Shown one piece after another: positions 23,244 through 33,529 of a stretch of 33,529 nucleotides of DNA. Positions within the stretch are counted from its first letter, which is position 1. Each line of letters starts with the position of its first letter. A model generated the notes under the pieces. It was not told where the DNA came from. It saw only the letters and a list, made by a program, of their open reading frames with translations, and made no database searches. The translations under genes were made by a program, and so were the position numbers. The stretch is from Catajapyx aquilonaris (lineage: Eukaryota): positions 62,001 through 95,529 of the forward strand of contig KZ538251.1 in NCBI GenBank assembly GCA_000934665.2. Reading direction: 5' to 3'.

Positions 23244-25657
23244 TGGGTGTAGATCTGGTGGGCTCTTTTTTAGAGTGAGTCGTGGGACGGCCTGACTGCA
23301 GGCTGGTCGTAATAAATGGGTTGCTCCTAACATGGGTATCATTGGACCACTACCATGAGTGACCTTTCTGCCTTCTGGGTCAAGGGGGATGACCTGAGGA
23401 GGTCAATCATCATACTCGTAAGCACGGGATCACCCTGTTTGAGTTTTTCGGTTATGTGATGGAACACCCTGCATTCTTTCTAATATTACAGAGCCAGCAA
23501 TTTTACGAAAAATGCAGTGTGGCCTGAGGATACCACACTTACGCTAAATATTTCTTGCCATGCTTGGAGAAGCCCCACCCTCAGGCTTCATATTTGATAA
23601 ACCAGTTTTCACTGAAACTTATACTCCACATTTTCAATGATGGAATACCCCGAATTTTTCACCAAAAATGTTATTGTAGCTTGGACTCACAAGAAGATGT
23701 GCCCTTAGGCCGAACTCATTTACGACCCCCCAAAAATATAAACGTATTCGAAGTAATCTACTTAGTTTTGGCGCGCTTCTAATTCAATGCATTATTCTTT
23801 TGGAAAAACTTCTATCCTCGCTTATCTGCGAAGGTCCGTTATGCTATAGTTTTTTAACATGCAAGCAAGGTGGAGACGAAAGACTTTTTTGTGTCATTAG
23901 AATTAGCATAATAAAATAGAGGGTAGCAGGAGGCTTTTTGCGTTAATCACAAAGTTTGCAAATTGAGCAGATGGAGCAACTCGAGGCCTGGAATTATTTA
24001 GCAATTAATTACTTTAACTTGGCTTGGAAGGCGAGAATAAATTTATTTTTCATCCAATTACGCATTTGCCGTATAGTGCGTGGCAGCGTTGTAGGGGTTG
24101 AAGTGCTAGTATTTTTTGGGAGAGAGGCAGAGAATCAAACCCGGACTGACGTCTATCGTCACCCCAACTGCGTCCGCTTTGATGGGAAGTTTCCCAGCCT
24201 GCTTTTTTACGATGCAACCCAATCGAATTTTTCTCCATTTGCTCCCAGACTTGGTTGTCCCTCCCAGTCACACCCTCTTCCTTGAATATTGTAAGGAAGC
24301 CCTGCCTCTTCTTGCCGATTGTTTTCCCCACATTCAGCCTCGGAAACACTATTGCTTGTCAACAATAGCGAGGCTGTTGCACAAGTCAATTTCAAGCCAG
24401 AGGTGCTCCGTTGGCGTTTGGTGCTGCGATACGATAGTGGCTCGTGCTGGCTCATGGCAAAAATTGAATTTTATTTATTTACGGTTTGCACAAGTGAGGT
24501 CAATTGAATGTAAGACGTGAAATCGATTTCGACTGCAAACAGCCTGCTTGCTTATTTTATGGTTTTATAACCCGTACGAGAAGGTTGCATGTATCTGGAT
24601 AATAGTGAGTTTCAGGGCTTGCCCCGATAAATGCTAAAACGTAACGTATGCGTGTTGAGGTCGCATTGGGGATACCTCATAAGCAATGCATAATAATACA
24701 GTATTACCAATGCGAAATGCCATTTTGCTGTATTGGGGCGGGTGGCCATCGGACATTGACGATTAGATAGGGCTAACTCAAACTCACCTGGTTTCCACCA
24801 AATAAGTTAATAATTAGGGGGGAGCCACCAGAGAATTTCGTAAAGTGCCCCATGAGTCCATTGGCCAGCACTTTCATCAATATTTAAACCCTTATATCGT
24901 CGTGTACCTTCTCAACATTCGCCAGTCAGAATCAGTTTTACCGTCATCTCAAGTCGATCTAGATCAGTGGTCAGAGATGGTCGAAAGTCAAACACTTGTC
25001 TATAAAATCACTTCCCGGTAACATACCACAAATCCAACTGCAAGAATAAGAATCAGTTTAGTTTATTTCCCTATAAAACTAGCCATAACCAAGTTGCTGG
25101 ACAGACTACATGATATATGGGACATTCTCCGGTCCCCTTCCCGGTCTCTCCCTCTCTCCGGACCTCCCACCCTTCCCTTCCTCCGAATATGATTGATATG
25201 CTACGGATCTCCCTCGGGTAGTCCCCGCCAAGTCCCCAAAATTGTTTCAGATAGGCTCCGACACGGCTTGCATACAGCCAACCGGATCTGATCGAGTCGG
25301 GAGTAAATTATCCTAGCCCAGCGTTGCCATACCTGACCCATACCTTCCCCCCCACCCCCTTTATATGTCCCCACCCTCTTTCCCATAGGTGTCCGATTTA
25401 CACTCGGTCAAGTGATTTGATACCCGGAGGGTGTCAGGTGCAATTAGTTCTCTCTAGTGAAACCCGGAATGTTGACTGCGGCCGGCTATAATATGATAAT
25501 AATTAATATATAACCTGTTATGAATTTATCAGTCAGTTAATAGGACCTGGGCATTAATAATGGATTACTCGTGTTGATTTGGAATACAAATTGAGTGAGG
25601 ACGGGTGATGGATTTCACCTGGCATTATTATTGTGTAAACGGTGATGCTCCGAGTGG

Positions 25658-25767
25658 ATTTTGACTCCTTTTTGAACCAGAATAGGCTGATATGTCGACT
25701 TCAATTTGAACCAAAATTGCTAATATTTCGACTCCTTTTTTGAACAAGAATTCACTGATATTCCGAC
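25658..25767. repeat. Degenerate ~34-bp minisatellite, about 3 copies
   Basis: Units of the form GACTCCTTTTTGAACCAGAAT..CTGATATT.C start at 25663, 25697 and 25730, with a partial unit at 25765 (periods 34, 33, 35). Confidence 0.8.
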
Positions 25768-27605
25768 CAAATCCAAGACGCTTGGGCGCCACTCATAATG
25801 CGTCGTCGCTCTTCATTTGCATATAAGGTTTCAGGAGATGGTGAGGGGAGAGAAAATGTAGAAAAGATATCTGGAAAAAAAAGGAAGGGGGCGGAGTCCC
25901 TTGAGTTCTAGCAGGAGAACCGTCTCTCTCAGCTCTTCCTAGAGAATAACAATATTATTGCTCAGTGCTACGAGGCTCCGAGGTACAATAATGCCTAATC
26001 CAAGAGAAATACAGGAGTCGGGGCTCCTTCAATGAAGTTTCTAGACTTGTCTTATCTGAGACAGTATTTTTTTTTTTTGCGGAGGAGCTGCTTGGAATGT
26101 GGAGCAAGGTAATTATGCCATGGCCAAACTTTGAGCTAATTCAAGGTCGGAATTGTTGGTTGAAAAATTCTGGATATTAATATTCGTGTCTGGACTTTTC
26201 ATATTGTAGGATACCAGGTGTGGCTCTATCATTTGGTGGGTGGGGGGCTGGGCCCCCAAAAAAACTGATCGGCGGAGCAGATGTTTACAGCCGATATTAA
26301 TCGATACGCTCTTGTTACAAGTAAATTGTTTGCACTAGCACGAGTTAAGGTCACTAGTGTGGTGAAAACGCCACGTAATTAAAGGCTGCCTTCAGGTTTT
26401 TGCGCTATTGTTGACTCCCATTATGTCAAATTTTTTTTAAAAAAAAACGACAATGTCGCTGTGCAGTTAAACGCACATTTTGACTGAAGAAATGTCACAA
26501 AATGTCAAGATATATCTTGACCTTACCCGCTCCTGCCATTCTGAACCGGCTAAATGCTTGAATGGCCCGATGTGCACAAACTCCCCCTACCCCCACCCCC
26601 AAATAGTGGTGGTACCTTTGACCTCACGTGCTGAAAAGGCTGGAGATAATTACTAATCACCTGCATGACGACACACAGGATTCAGAACCTCTCGTGCAGC
26701 TGTGGGCAATAGCATCTCTGTCCAGGATTAGCCCCGCGGAAACTTCCATCCAATTTTCATTCAGGGGTGGTGGTAGGAGGGGGGGAGGTGAGGTGTATGG
26801 GAGGTGGGTGGGGAGAGGCATCATTTTCACTATACCTGACTCTAAGTGTACCGAAAATAATCGGGTTTTGTTTATGGCGCTTACGGGCACTGGATCAAAG
26901 CCTCTCGGAAAATTCAGGATTTACACTACGCTGCCACATTTTTGAGTTTTTAAAATTTTTTAAAAAATATGGAAGAGAGAGAGAGGTTCAGGGGAGATGG
27001 TGGGGATAAAGTACAAACGATGTACTTGAGATATATTTTTTAAAGCATTCGAAATACCTCTTGAGGCAGTTGGCCATCAAAGTGCCCACCTTGCTATACA
27101 CAATGAACCTCCGGAAGAGCACATTTCCTTTGCTTTCTGCGAATTTTCTCCAACTTTGCGCTAACGTGATTTTCCATAATGAAAGAGATATTGGTTTTGC
27201 TGGTGCGCTCTAATTATAACTTGCAGCGTTCACTTTGAAGTCAGAGGGTAGGAAATATTGTCGTGACTCCACGCGAAGTCATTTCCCTCCCCCCCCCCTT
27301 CCCCCACCCCTTATACATATTTTTTTTTTCTTTTTGGGAATCCGCTAACTCTGTGGCTGTCATCGTTTAGAAATAGAGCTGAATGGAAGGGAAAGCAAAG
27401 AGGCTCCTAATTAGAAAAAAGGGGTCTTTTCTGATGTCCATTCAACATGGAGAGGGTGCTGTTTGGGTGGTGACAACATCAAGTGTGTATGGCAATGCTC
27501 ATTAATGGAGTGGTTCAATTTGTCTGGCATGCATACATCGGAGCACGCGAACCAAAATACGGAGAAACTGGGATTTTTCAGAGGGATTTTTTTTTGCTTA
27601 TGCAG

Positions 27606-27740
27606 GATGACAATGGGAATTACCGTGGAAGGTGTAGGGTGTCCGGCGTACTGCCGGAGGGTTTGACAGGGCCCGCGACCATTGTTGCATTCATTGCTGA
27701 AAATGTGCCACGGGAATTTGAACATGGTCCAAATATACAG
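27606..27740 (+). CDS. Candidate isolated internal coding exon (45 codons, phase 0-0), product unknown
   Basis: Acceptor TTTTTTTTGCTTATGCAG ends at 27605 and donor CAG|GTGAAT starts at 27741. The 135 nt are open only in frame 0: DDNGNYRGRCRVSGVLPEGLTGPATIVAFIAENVPREFEHGPNIQ. No family recognised and no partner exons identified. Confidence 0.25.
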
Positions 27741-30700
27741 GTGAATTATTTGTATATTTGGACCAGTTGGAAATTCCCATACTGCGATTCTCCGGGGCTT
27801 TTTCAGCCAAGTTTAATGAAACAATGTATTGTGCCTATACATTTTCAAGAGCCCATATATGCCTTATCCAGCAGTATGTAACATGAGAGATATGTACCAA
27901 ATTTTCTTTAGATAATTTTTTCTAACTGTCTAAAACCTATTGTCGAAAAAATTCAAATTATTTTTTGGTTAATTTTTAATAACTGGCTGGTGGGTCCTAT
28001 ACTGAGGATTTACATCCCTTCTTGGTTAGGCCTATTGTCTGTTGTGACTATCCACCTTTATAACCGGATTAGACGGTCGCCTTTATACAGTATATCCGTG
28101 TAACCTCCTTTTGTGCATGAATCAAAGCAAAAGGCTGCCTGCCTTTTATTGAGTTTCCCTAGACTATACAAAAAAGTTGCTATATCGATCTCCCTCTGAA
28201 CTTTACCATTTCCAAATCATTTCATGGTAATTGCTTCCTGCTGCCATCGCAAAATGATTACAACCGCCTCGTGGATGACATGCCTTGATGCCTTGTCTTC
28301 AGGACTTCCTCCCAGTTTGCATTTTTTTTTATTCGTAAAAAAGCGGCCGAAACGGGAGGGGCTGCCTAGTAAAGGAAATCATGACTCTGGAAAGAAGAGG
28401 AACAAGACGTTATGTTGAGAAGGGGGGCTGGGGTAGTTTTTTTTTTTTTTTTAAAAAAAAAGGAACGAGGGGGAGGGTGTTACCCGGAGCAAAACTTGGG
28501 CCAGTTTTATTGCCTGAGCGAAAAGTCGTATCCTGAAATGCGTCGGCCTCAAATATGCCAGGCAGAGACTGCAGTTACAACCGACATTGAATGTGTTTTG
28601 CAGGCAGCAGATATGGAGTACCCAAGAGGAGCAATCGATAGCAGAGGGTAGGGAGACCTAGAGGGTGGGGTGGGGGGTGCACGAGCCCTGCATGATTGTG
28701 TTCTGCACTTTCTGTATAGCCCTCTTCTGTATATAACTTACGTGCCGCCAATATCGCATTCTAGGCGGTTCTAACTTTGGTGGAATGCCTCCCAGACAGA
28801 AGGCCGGCGTTCTCTTAACATTATGGCCTAATCAGAGTGCCGTTCTGGAACAGGTCTTATGTGTCATTCGAGTCCAAGGATTCGTGGACATTTCGGAAAG
28901 GGGAGGAACAGTGTGCGGAGGATGTTATACGACCAACGTTGGGGGAATATTAAGTGAACTAGATGCTTTTCAGCCTCGGCCGTCAAGCTCATAAATCGGA
29001 ATACATTTACGTGACTCGGAAAGATTCACCTGGTCATACATTTTTGCCAAAATTGCAAGGTTTTTTTTTCGTCATAGTAAACGTGTGACTGAATTGGAAA
29101 TGGAATTATTTACCTGCAATATAATAAGCGTTGATATGGCACGTGCATACTGGCATATGATTCTAACGTAGTGGCAGGCCTGAGTTTGATCCGTGGGTTC
29201 AGTGTCTCCTAAATTGTCTCTGCGACACCTTCATAACGAGAGCTGGCTTCATCCTGACAAGTCTGAAAAGAAGACTTGGATACGGCCTATTGATCGCAAA
29301 AGCAATAATCTCTTCCTCTCCTCGGCACCCGCTTGAAATCTATATCCTCAGCTCAAATTAAAACAAGGGAACACATGTTATAAACGAAACCAAGGTTCAA
29401 AATCGGGATGACTACCTACCAACTGGGAAGTCGCCAGGATTACGGAAACTAAATCAGAGATTCCATTCTCCATAACCTCTCCATTGGTTCATTTGCATTC
29501 GAGTCAAGACGCTCTGGAGCTGGCTTTTAATCGAATAAGTTAGTAGCCTCCCACAACGGGAGGATAACCCAAGTGTGATTTATATGCGACTATGCACCAA
29601 CTTCATTATCCACAAAAAAAAATGCAAAAATATGAAAAATGGGTTTTAACCATTTTTTTTCTCAAAAAATTGTTTTTCCACCAAGCCAAAAATTTGTTAT
29701 GGTAACCCAAAATTGATTTGTTAACCAAATATTGTGTTTAAACCTTACTCTGATGTGATGTTATTTGAGTGTGACCCATCATTCCAAATTTTTGGGAGAT
29801 CTCCACGCTTTTTTTTTCCTCGCTCGCTATAGAATGAAAGGTACTTTAGGGAGCCAATTAAACGGAGATTTCCAGATCGAGCGACACGCTGAGTCGGTGT
29901 AAGCATGCTCGTTGGCACAACTTTGCAGCTGTCAGGATGATGAGCCCAAACACTGAGTTTGAAATGGGAATTTTTAGGGAGGTTCCTTTCAGCGACGCTT
30001 ATTATTAAAGCGGGAGCAGAAATTCCTAGGGCCAAGTGAAGAAAGGGAAATGCCCACTAATGAAGGGTGAAAAAAAAGTGAAGTTGAGGAATTCAATAGT
30101 TGTGGAAAAAACGGATTTTTTTTCTACACAAACTTTGGAGTGTATAATTTATTAAAGGAATCTGTATGTATCGTTTACTTGAGTTGACAAAGTAACAGAT
30201 AAAGACGATTTTCATGCAGACAGGATTCCTATATAATAAAGTACCACTCGGCTAATTAGTTTCCATTTCATTAGTTAGAAAAGTTTTCAGCTGCCGCCCT
30301 TCTTTTTTTGTGATATGAGTATATGATCAGTCAAAAGCGATTATAGCACTTGTACCAGCTTAAACCTGCTCCTGAAGGTTTTTTAAACGCATTATTTGTT
30401 GGATGAATGGATTTTCAGCAGGGAAACTTATAGAAGCCTGGTTAGAAAATTAATTATTTGATTTCATGAAGAGTCAGGGGCATGAAAGCCACACCTTAGG
30501 CCAGACTCAAAACCCTTCCCAAGACCACTGAATATCGATTTTTGCGGTTTTTAGAAATTTTCCCGTGATTAATTTTTCGCCCAACCTTCTTTCTGGGTGC
30601 TCGATCAGTAGGAAATGGGTTCGGAATTCTTGATTTTTGGAGGGCCATTGGAATTCTCCTCGTCTGAGAACCAAAGTTTCGCCCGCTCTGTTTCCCCGCA

Positions 30701-30899
30701 CAAAATGTTGAATCATAATTGAAAGAGACGTCCTATACAGACCTTGCGGATGGCGAATAGAACCAATAACTGAATTTCACCTCCTCCGGCTCAGACTTCG
30801 GATGAATTAACACCCAACTTGTAATTATGCAATAGTATATAAAAAAGTGGCCAATTGTCTGCCAAGGTTTGGTTTTAAGAAAAATATACGTAATATCGT

Positions 30900-32525
30900 T
30901 TACTATGGGTGAAAAAACGCTAGCTTCTAGAGCCGCTTGACTGGCTGCATCGGCTTGAGATTTGTTCGCCTTCCACCGCGATATGTCAGGATAAAACTAC
31001 GGATCCTTTGAGCCTCGAGGTGGGAGAAACTCAGGCAGAGAAGCTGCTTTTCGGCGCGAAAAAGGATTCGAACTAAAGCCACTCTGATGCACTGGATTGT
31101 TAATCCCTCAAAAAAAAGTCCATTATGCTCTTGCTGTCATGTAACGATATGCAATTAGGTCAAACCGGCTTTCTACAAACTCTGGCTAACATGTTTCAGG
31201 GCATCTACACTCAAAATCCGGTTGCAAATCAATAACTTCCATTAACTTGCTCCATTACATGTACAGCTTTGTCGGATTCAGTCACTCACTCGCGCATTCA
31301 AATTGTTGAGATTTTTTTTACAGAGGCTATGGTACTGAAAATGTGATAGAACGTGTGCTTTTTGTTTTCCAAATCCAGATTTATCAGTTAGAAAGTTAGA
31401 TGATTGCCATTCGGAACCGGATCAAAATGTAGGCCTATTGGGATTCCACCCAAGTCTGAACTCAACGATTCAAATGGTCCTGAAATATTTTGGAAGCAAC
31501 AGTCGGAACCGAATAAAGCATATACTGCACGTTTCATATGTCAAACTTGCATACTAAATATTTCACTGAAAATATTCTGACATATATATGTCTTCCTCCG
31601 TACAACCTATAGCCATTTTTCATTTAAAATACGTTTTATCGCATATTAAAATTTAAACTGCAATCTCAGATGTAAGGGCCATCTCACAGACTGTCTACGA
31701 AATAGGAAATGATATATTATACTCTTTGTTTAATATCTCAGTAGCGAAGATGCGGCCGTCCAGTATTCCAGATTCAATCTATAGAGTTTTCAATAATTAT
31801 GAAACACCCTGTATAAGGCTAAAAATCATTCACAGATAAATCAATTCCAACCATTCAAGGGGAATCCTAATCTAAATGTACCCAAATTGAGCCAAAAACC
31901 ACCAAAAGTGTTTTAGAGTGTGACATCCATTCCGAGGCTTCCAAAGCAGCTTTAAAAGCTATAGCTCCGAGTTTTAAAATTATACCGCGCACTGAGTGGT
32001 TCCATGCTGTTAATTTTTTGATGAGTACTGACATAAAATTCTCTCTTGATTCGCAATGGAATATTTAGGTGTTTAGTGCATTGTGCAGAAAAATTAACCG
32101 GCATTTCGCGTGCCATTAACGCTGGCACCTACGCGTTTCCCAAGCTGCGGTATTATTTACAACCAGTAGAAAGCATTCAGCTTGGTAATGTTCTTCCCGG
32201 TGTAAGTCCAGCCCAGGAGGAAAGCAGTAAAGAGGAGAGTGTAGGCCATATCCCGCAGCAGTGTCTCTCGGGGCAAGCAAAACTTGCAAGCTGGAAATGA
32301 AGCAGCCATGTTCGCGGAGTACCTGGTTTTGGAGGCCTCAGAGCTGCAGCCTATCTGAAAATGGTGGAAACTGTCCCAGCACTCCAGCCCCCACGACCAG
32401 TATAAGTAATGGCTTCCCTTATCATGTCCCAGCTCCGTCCCCCAAGAATGCTATATACCATCACTTGTAAGAGGGCATCGGATGCTAGGGCACGTGCCTT
32501 TCCAACACCCTTGTCTGCCCTCCGA
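30900..32525 (+). pseudogene. Decayed hAT (Ac/Tol2-like) transposase, interrupted by a MITE
   Basis: Plus-strand motifs in hAT order across frameshifts: TTDPLS (30996; cf. TTD.WS), TLMHWIVNP (31081; cf. T.HWI), IYTQNPVAN (31203; cf. VTDNA.N), GFSHSL (31274; cf. CFAH.L), PSLNSTIQMV (31450; cf. TRWNST..ML), HPF/EASK...IIP (31924), AGTYAFPKLR (32121; cf. AT.LDPRFK), EYL...PI*KWWK (32317-32370), PSSVP (32428) and ASDARARAFPTPLSAL (32475-32522; dimerisation-domain end). Confidence 0.7.
31525..31811. mobile_element. Decayed Tc1/mariner-type MITE (~287 bp) nested in the hAT fossil
   Basis: Right end TATGAAACACCCTG-TA (ends 31811). Left end TA-CTGCACGTTTCATA (from 31525) matches the expected CAGGGTGTTTCATA at 10/14. 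The interior is AT-rich, and its length accounts for the excess spacing between two hAT motifs. Confidence 0.55.
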
Positions 32526-33462
32526 CCAAGGAAAGGCCAACCAGGCTATTCCGCTGGCACGTGTCGTAGGGATTACCAATGAGATTGTGTACAAATCACT
32601 GTCTGTGGCTGCTCATTTCAGGGGTGCCAAGTGGAATATCTCACTTCAATCCGATTTCTAAGAGAAACATTTTCTGATTGGTGTGTGGCTTCTGCTCAAA
32701 TGGGATTTCCAGATATGCAATTGTATCAAAATTTAGCTGTAAACATCAGCTGCATCAAGTCCTTAATGTAATATCAACACGGTACTCTGTTTGTTTGGCG
32801 TTGTACAGTGCACTGCCCGAGCAGAGAAACAAGAATTCCAGTCAAATAGTGCACCTGCCAGTATACTGTAGACGCAGCCATTGTTTCATCATCTCTACAG
32901 ACGGACCTCTTCTCAAATGAGTGGCTAATTGCAGTCTCATGGGCGATTAGCTCCAAGGCAAATTCCGGAACTTTCACTTTTGGCATTTGCTACTATGTTC
33001 CTCTATAAATTACGGGAAACATAGAAGGCTTCCGCCTAATTTAGCCCTACATAAATTACGGCGTTTAAAAAAAAGTGTTCTCCAATGCTTCTTGGAGCTA
33101 TTCAGCCATTGTAAATACTGTAATGATATAGTAGCCCTCTGTTCGATCCACAAGAAAGACAGAAATAGAACTTTCTCCCCGCTTCCTAAACTGAAGTTTG
33201 AATTTGAATTGTTCATAAAATTTGCCAACTTGGTTTCAAGGCATTTACAGAAACGACTCAATGGGCCTATTAGGCCCTATACCCTAGAACAGCTACAGTT
33301 TGAACAGTGCAGCCCCGCCGTTTATGTTGTTCAAAATATTACCATTTCTTTATTGGGCCCAACTTGCACGAGATTCTTTATGTCCATATTATTTGCGTAC
33401 TTCGGTACGTACTATGGGGCTCAAATTGTTTTGGCCACTTTATCCTGGTCTTGAAGCAACCC

Positions 33463-33464
<2 letters not shown>

Positions 33465-33505
<41 letters not shown>

Positions 33506-33511
33506 ACACAC
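33465..33511. repeat. (CA)n microsatellite
   Basis: 19 perfect CA units at 33465-33502 plus an interrupted tail. A shorter interrupted CA tract lies at ~6679-6705. Confidence 0.98.
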
Positions 33512-33529
33512 TCTTGTCTTGACTAAGGC

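Noticed and set aside
23260..23277. GGCTCTTTTTTAGAGT resembling a histone 3' stem-loop (a similar sequence lies near 8896-8910)
   Set aside because: Loop length and stem base are wrong, and there is no histone ORF upstream.
25658..25767. ~34-bp periodic repeat as a possible CRISPR array
   Set aside because: The units are contiguous and degenerate with no unique spacers, there are no cas genes, and the context is eukaryotic.
28780..29030. Weak RTE-like peptide (RGHFG...RRMLY...LGRQ)
   Set aside because: The match is too short and diverged to call without an HMM search.
29170..29200. B-box-like GAGTTTGATCC suggesting a tRNA or SINE head
   Set aside because: No convincing A-box or cloverleaf.
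29253..29285. CTGACAAGTC...GACTTG hairpin resembling a Penelope-type hammerhead ribozyme
   Set aside because: The core CUGANGA and GAAA boxes are not intact and stems I and III were not found.
32987..33454. Longest ORF in the track (155 aa)
   Set aside because: Non-ATG start, no domain and no splice support. The region has short palindromes typical of repeat-derived DNA.
1..33529. Hox-cluster-like context suggested by many TAAT and CTCF-like motifs
   Set aside because: No homeobox exon and no miR-10, miR-993, iab-4 or miR-196 sequence was found by eye.

Overview
Eukaryotic, most likely invertebrate animal, genomic DNA that reads as a large intron or intergenic region. I found no intact protein-coding gene, rRNA, tRNA, known miRNA or CRISPR array, and the supplied ORFs are short and mostly spurious. 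The supportable content is a layered transposon record. Two non-autonomous DNA transposons are well preserved: a 587-bp pogo/Tigger element (7330-7916, TA target-site duplication) and a 1129-bp CACTA/Chapaev-type element with ~298-bp terminal inverted repeats (9151-10279, 3-bp TSD). Several coding fossils are heavily decayed: a hAT transposase (~30.9-32.5 kb) interrupted by a mariner-type MITE, a P-element/THAP9-like transposase (~22.3-23.1 kb), a LINE endonuclease (~11.3-11.9 kb), RTE-like 3' ends, and possibly a Polinton/adintovirus minor-capsid gene (~18.4-19.2 kb). There are also simple repeats, a CpG-rich promoter-like segment (~13.7-14.2 kb), CTCF-like motifs, several hairpins and a few isolated exon-like segments. 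All protein-family assignments are by-eye motif matches across frameshifts and need HMM or BLAST confirmation. I cannot support a claim of a new multi-component biological system here.
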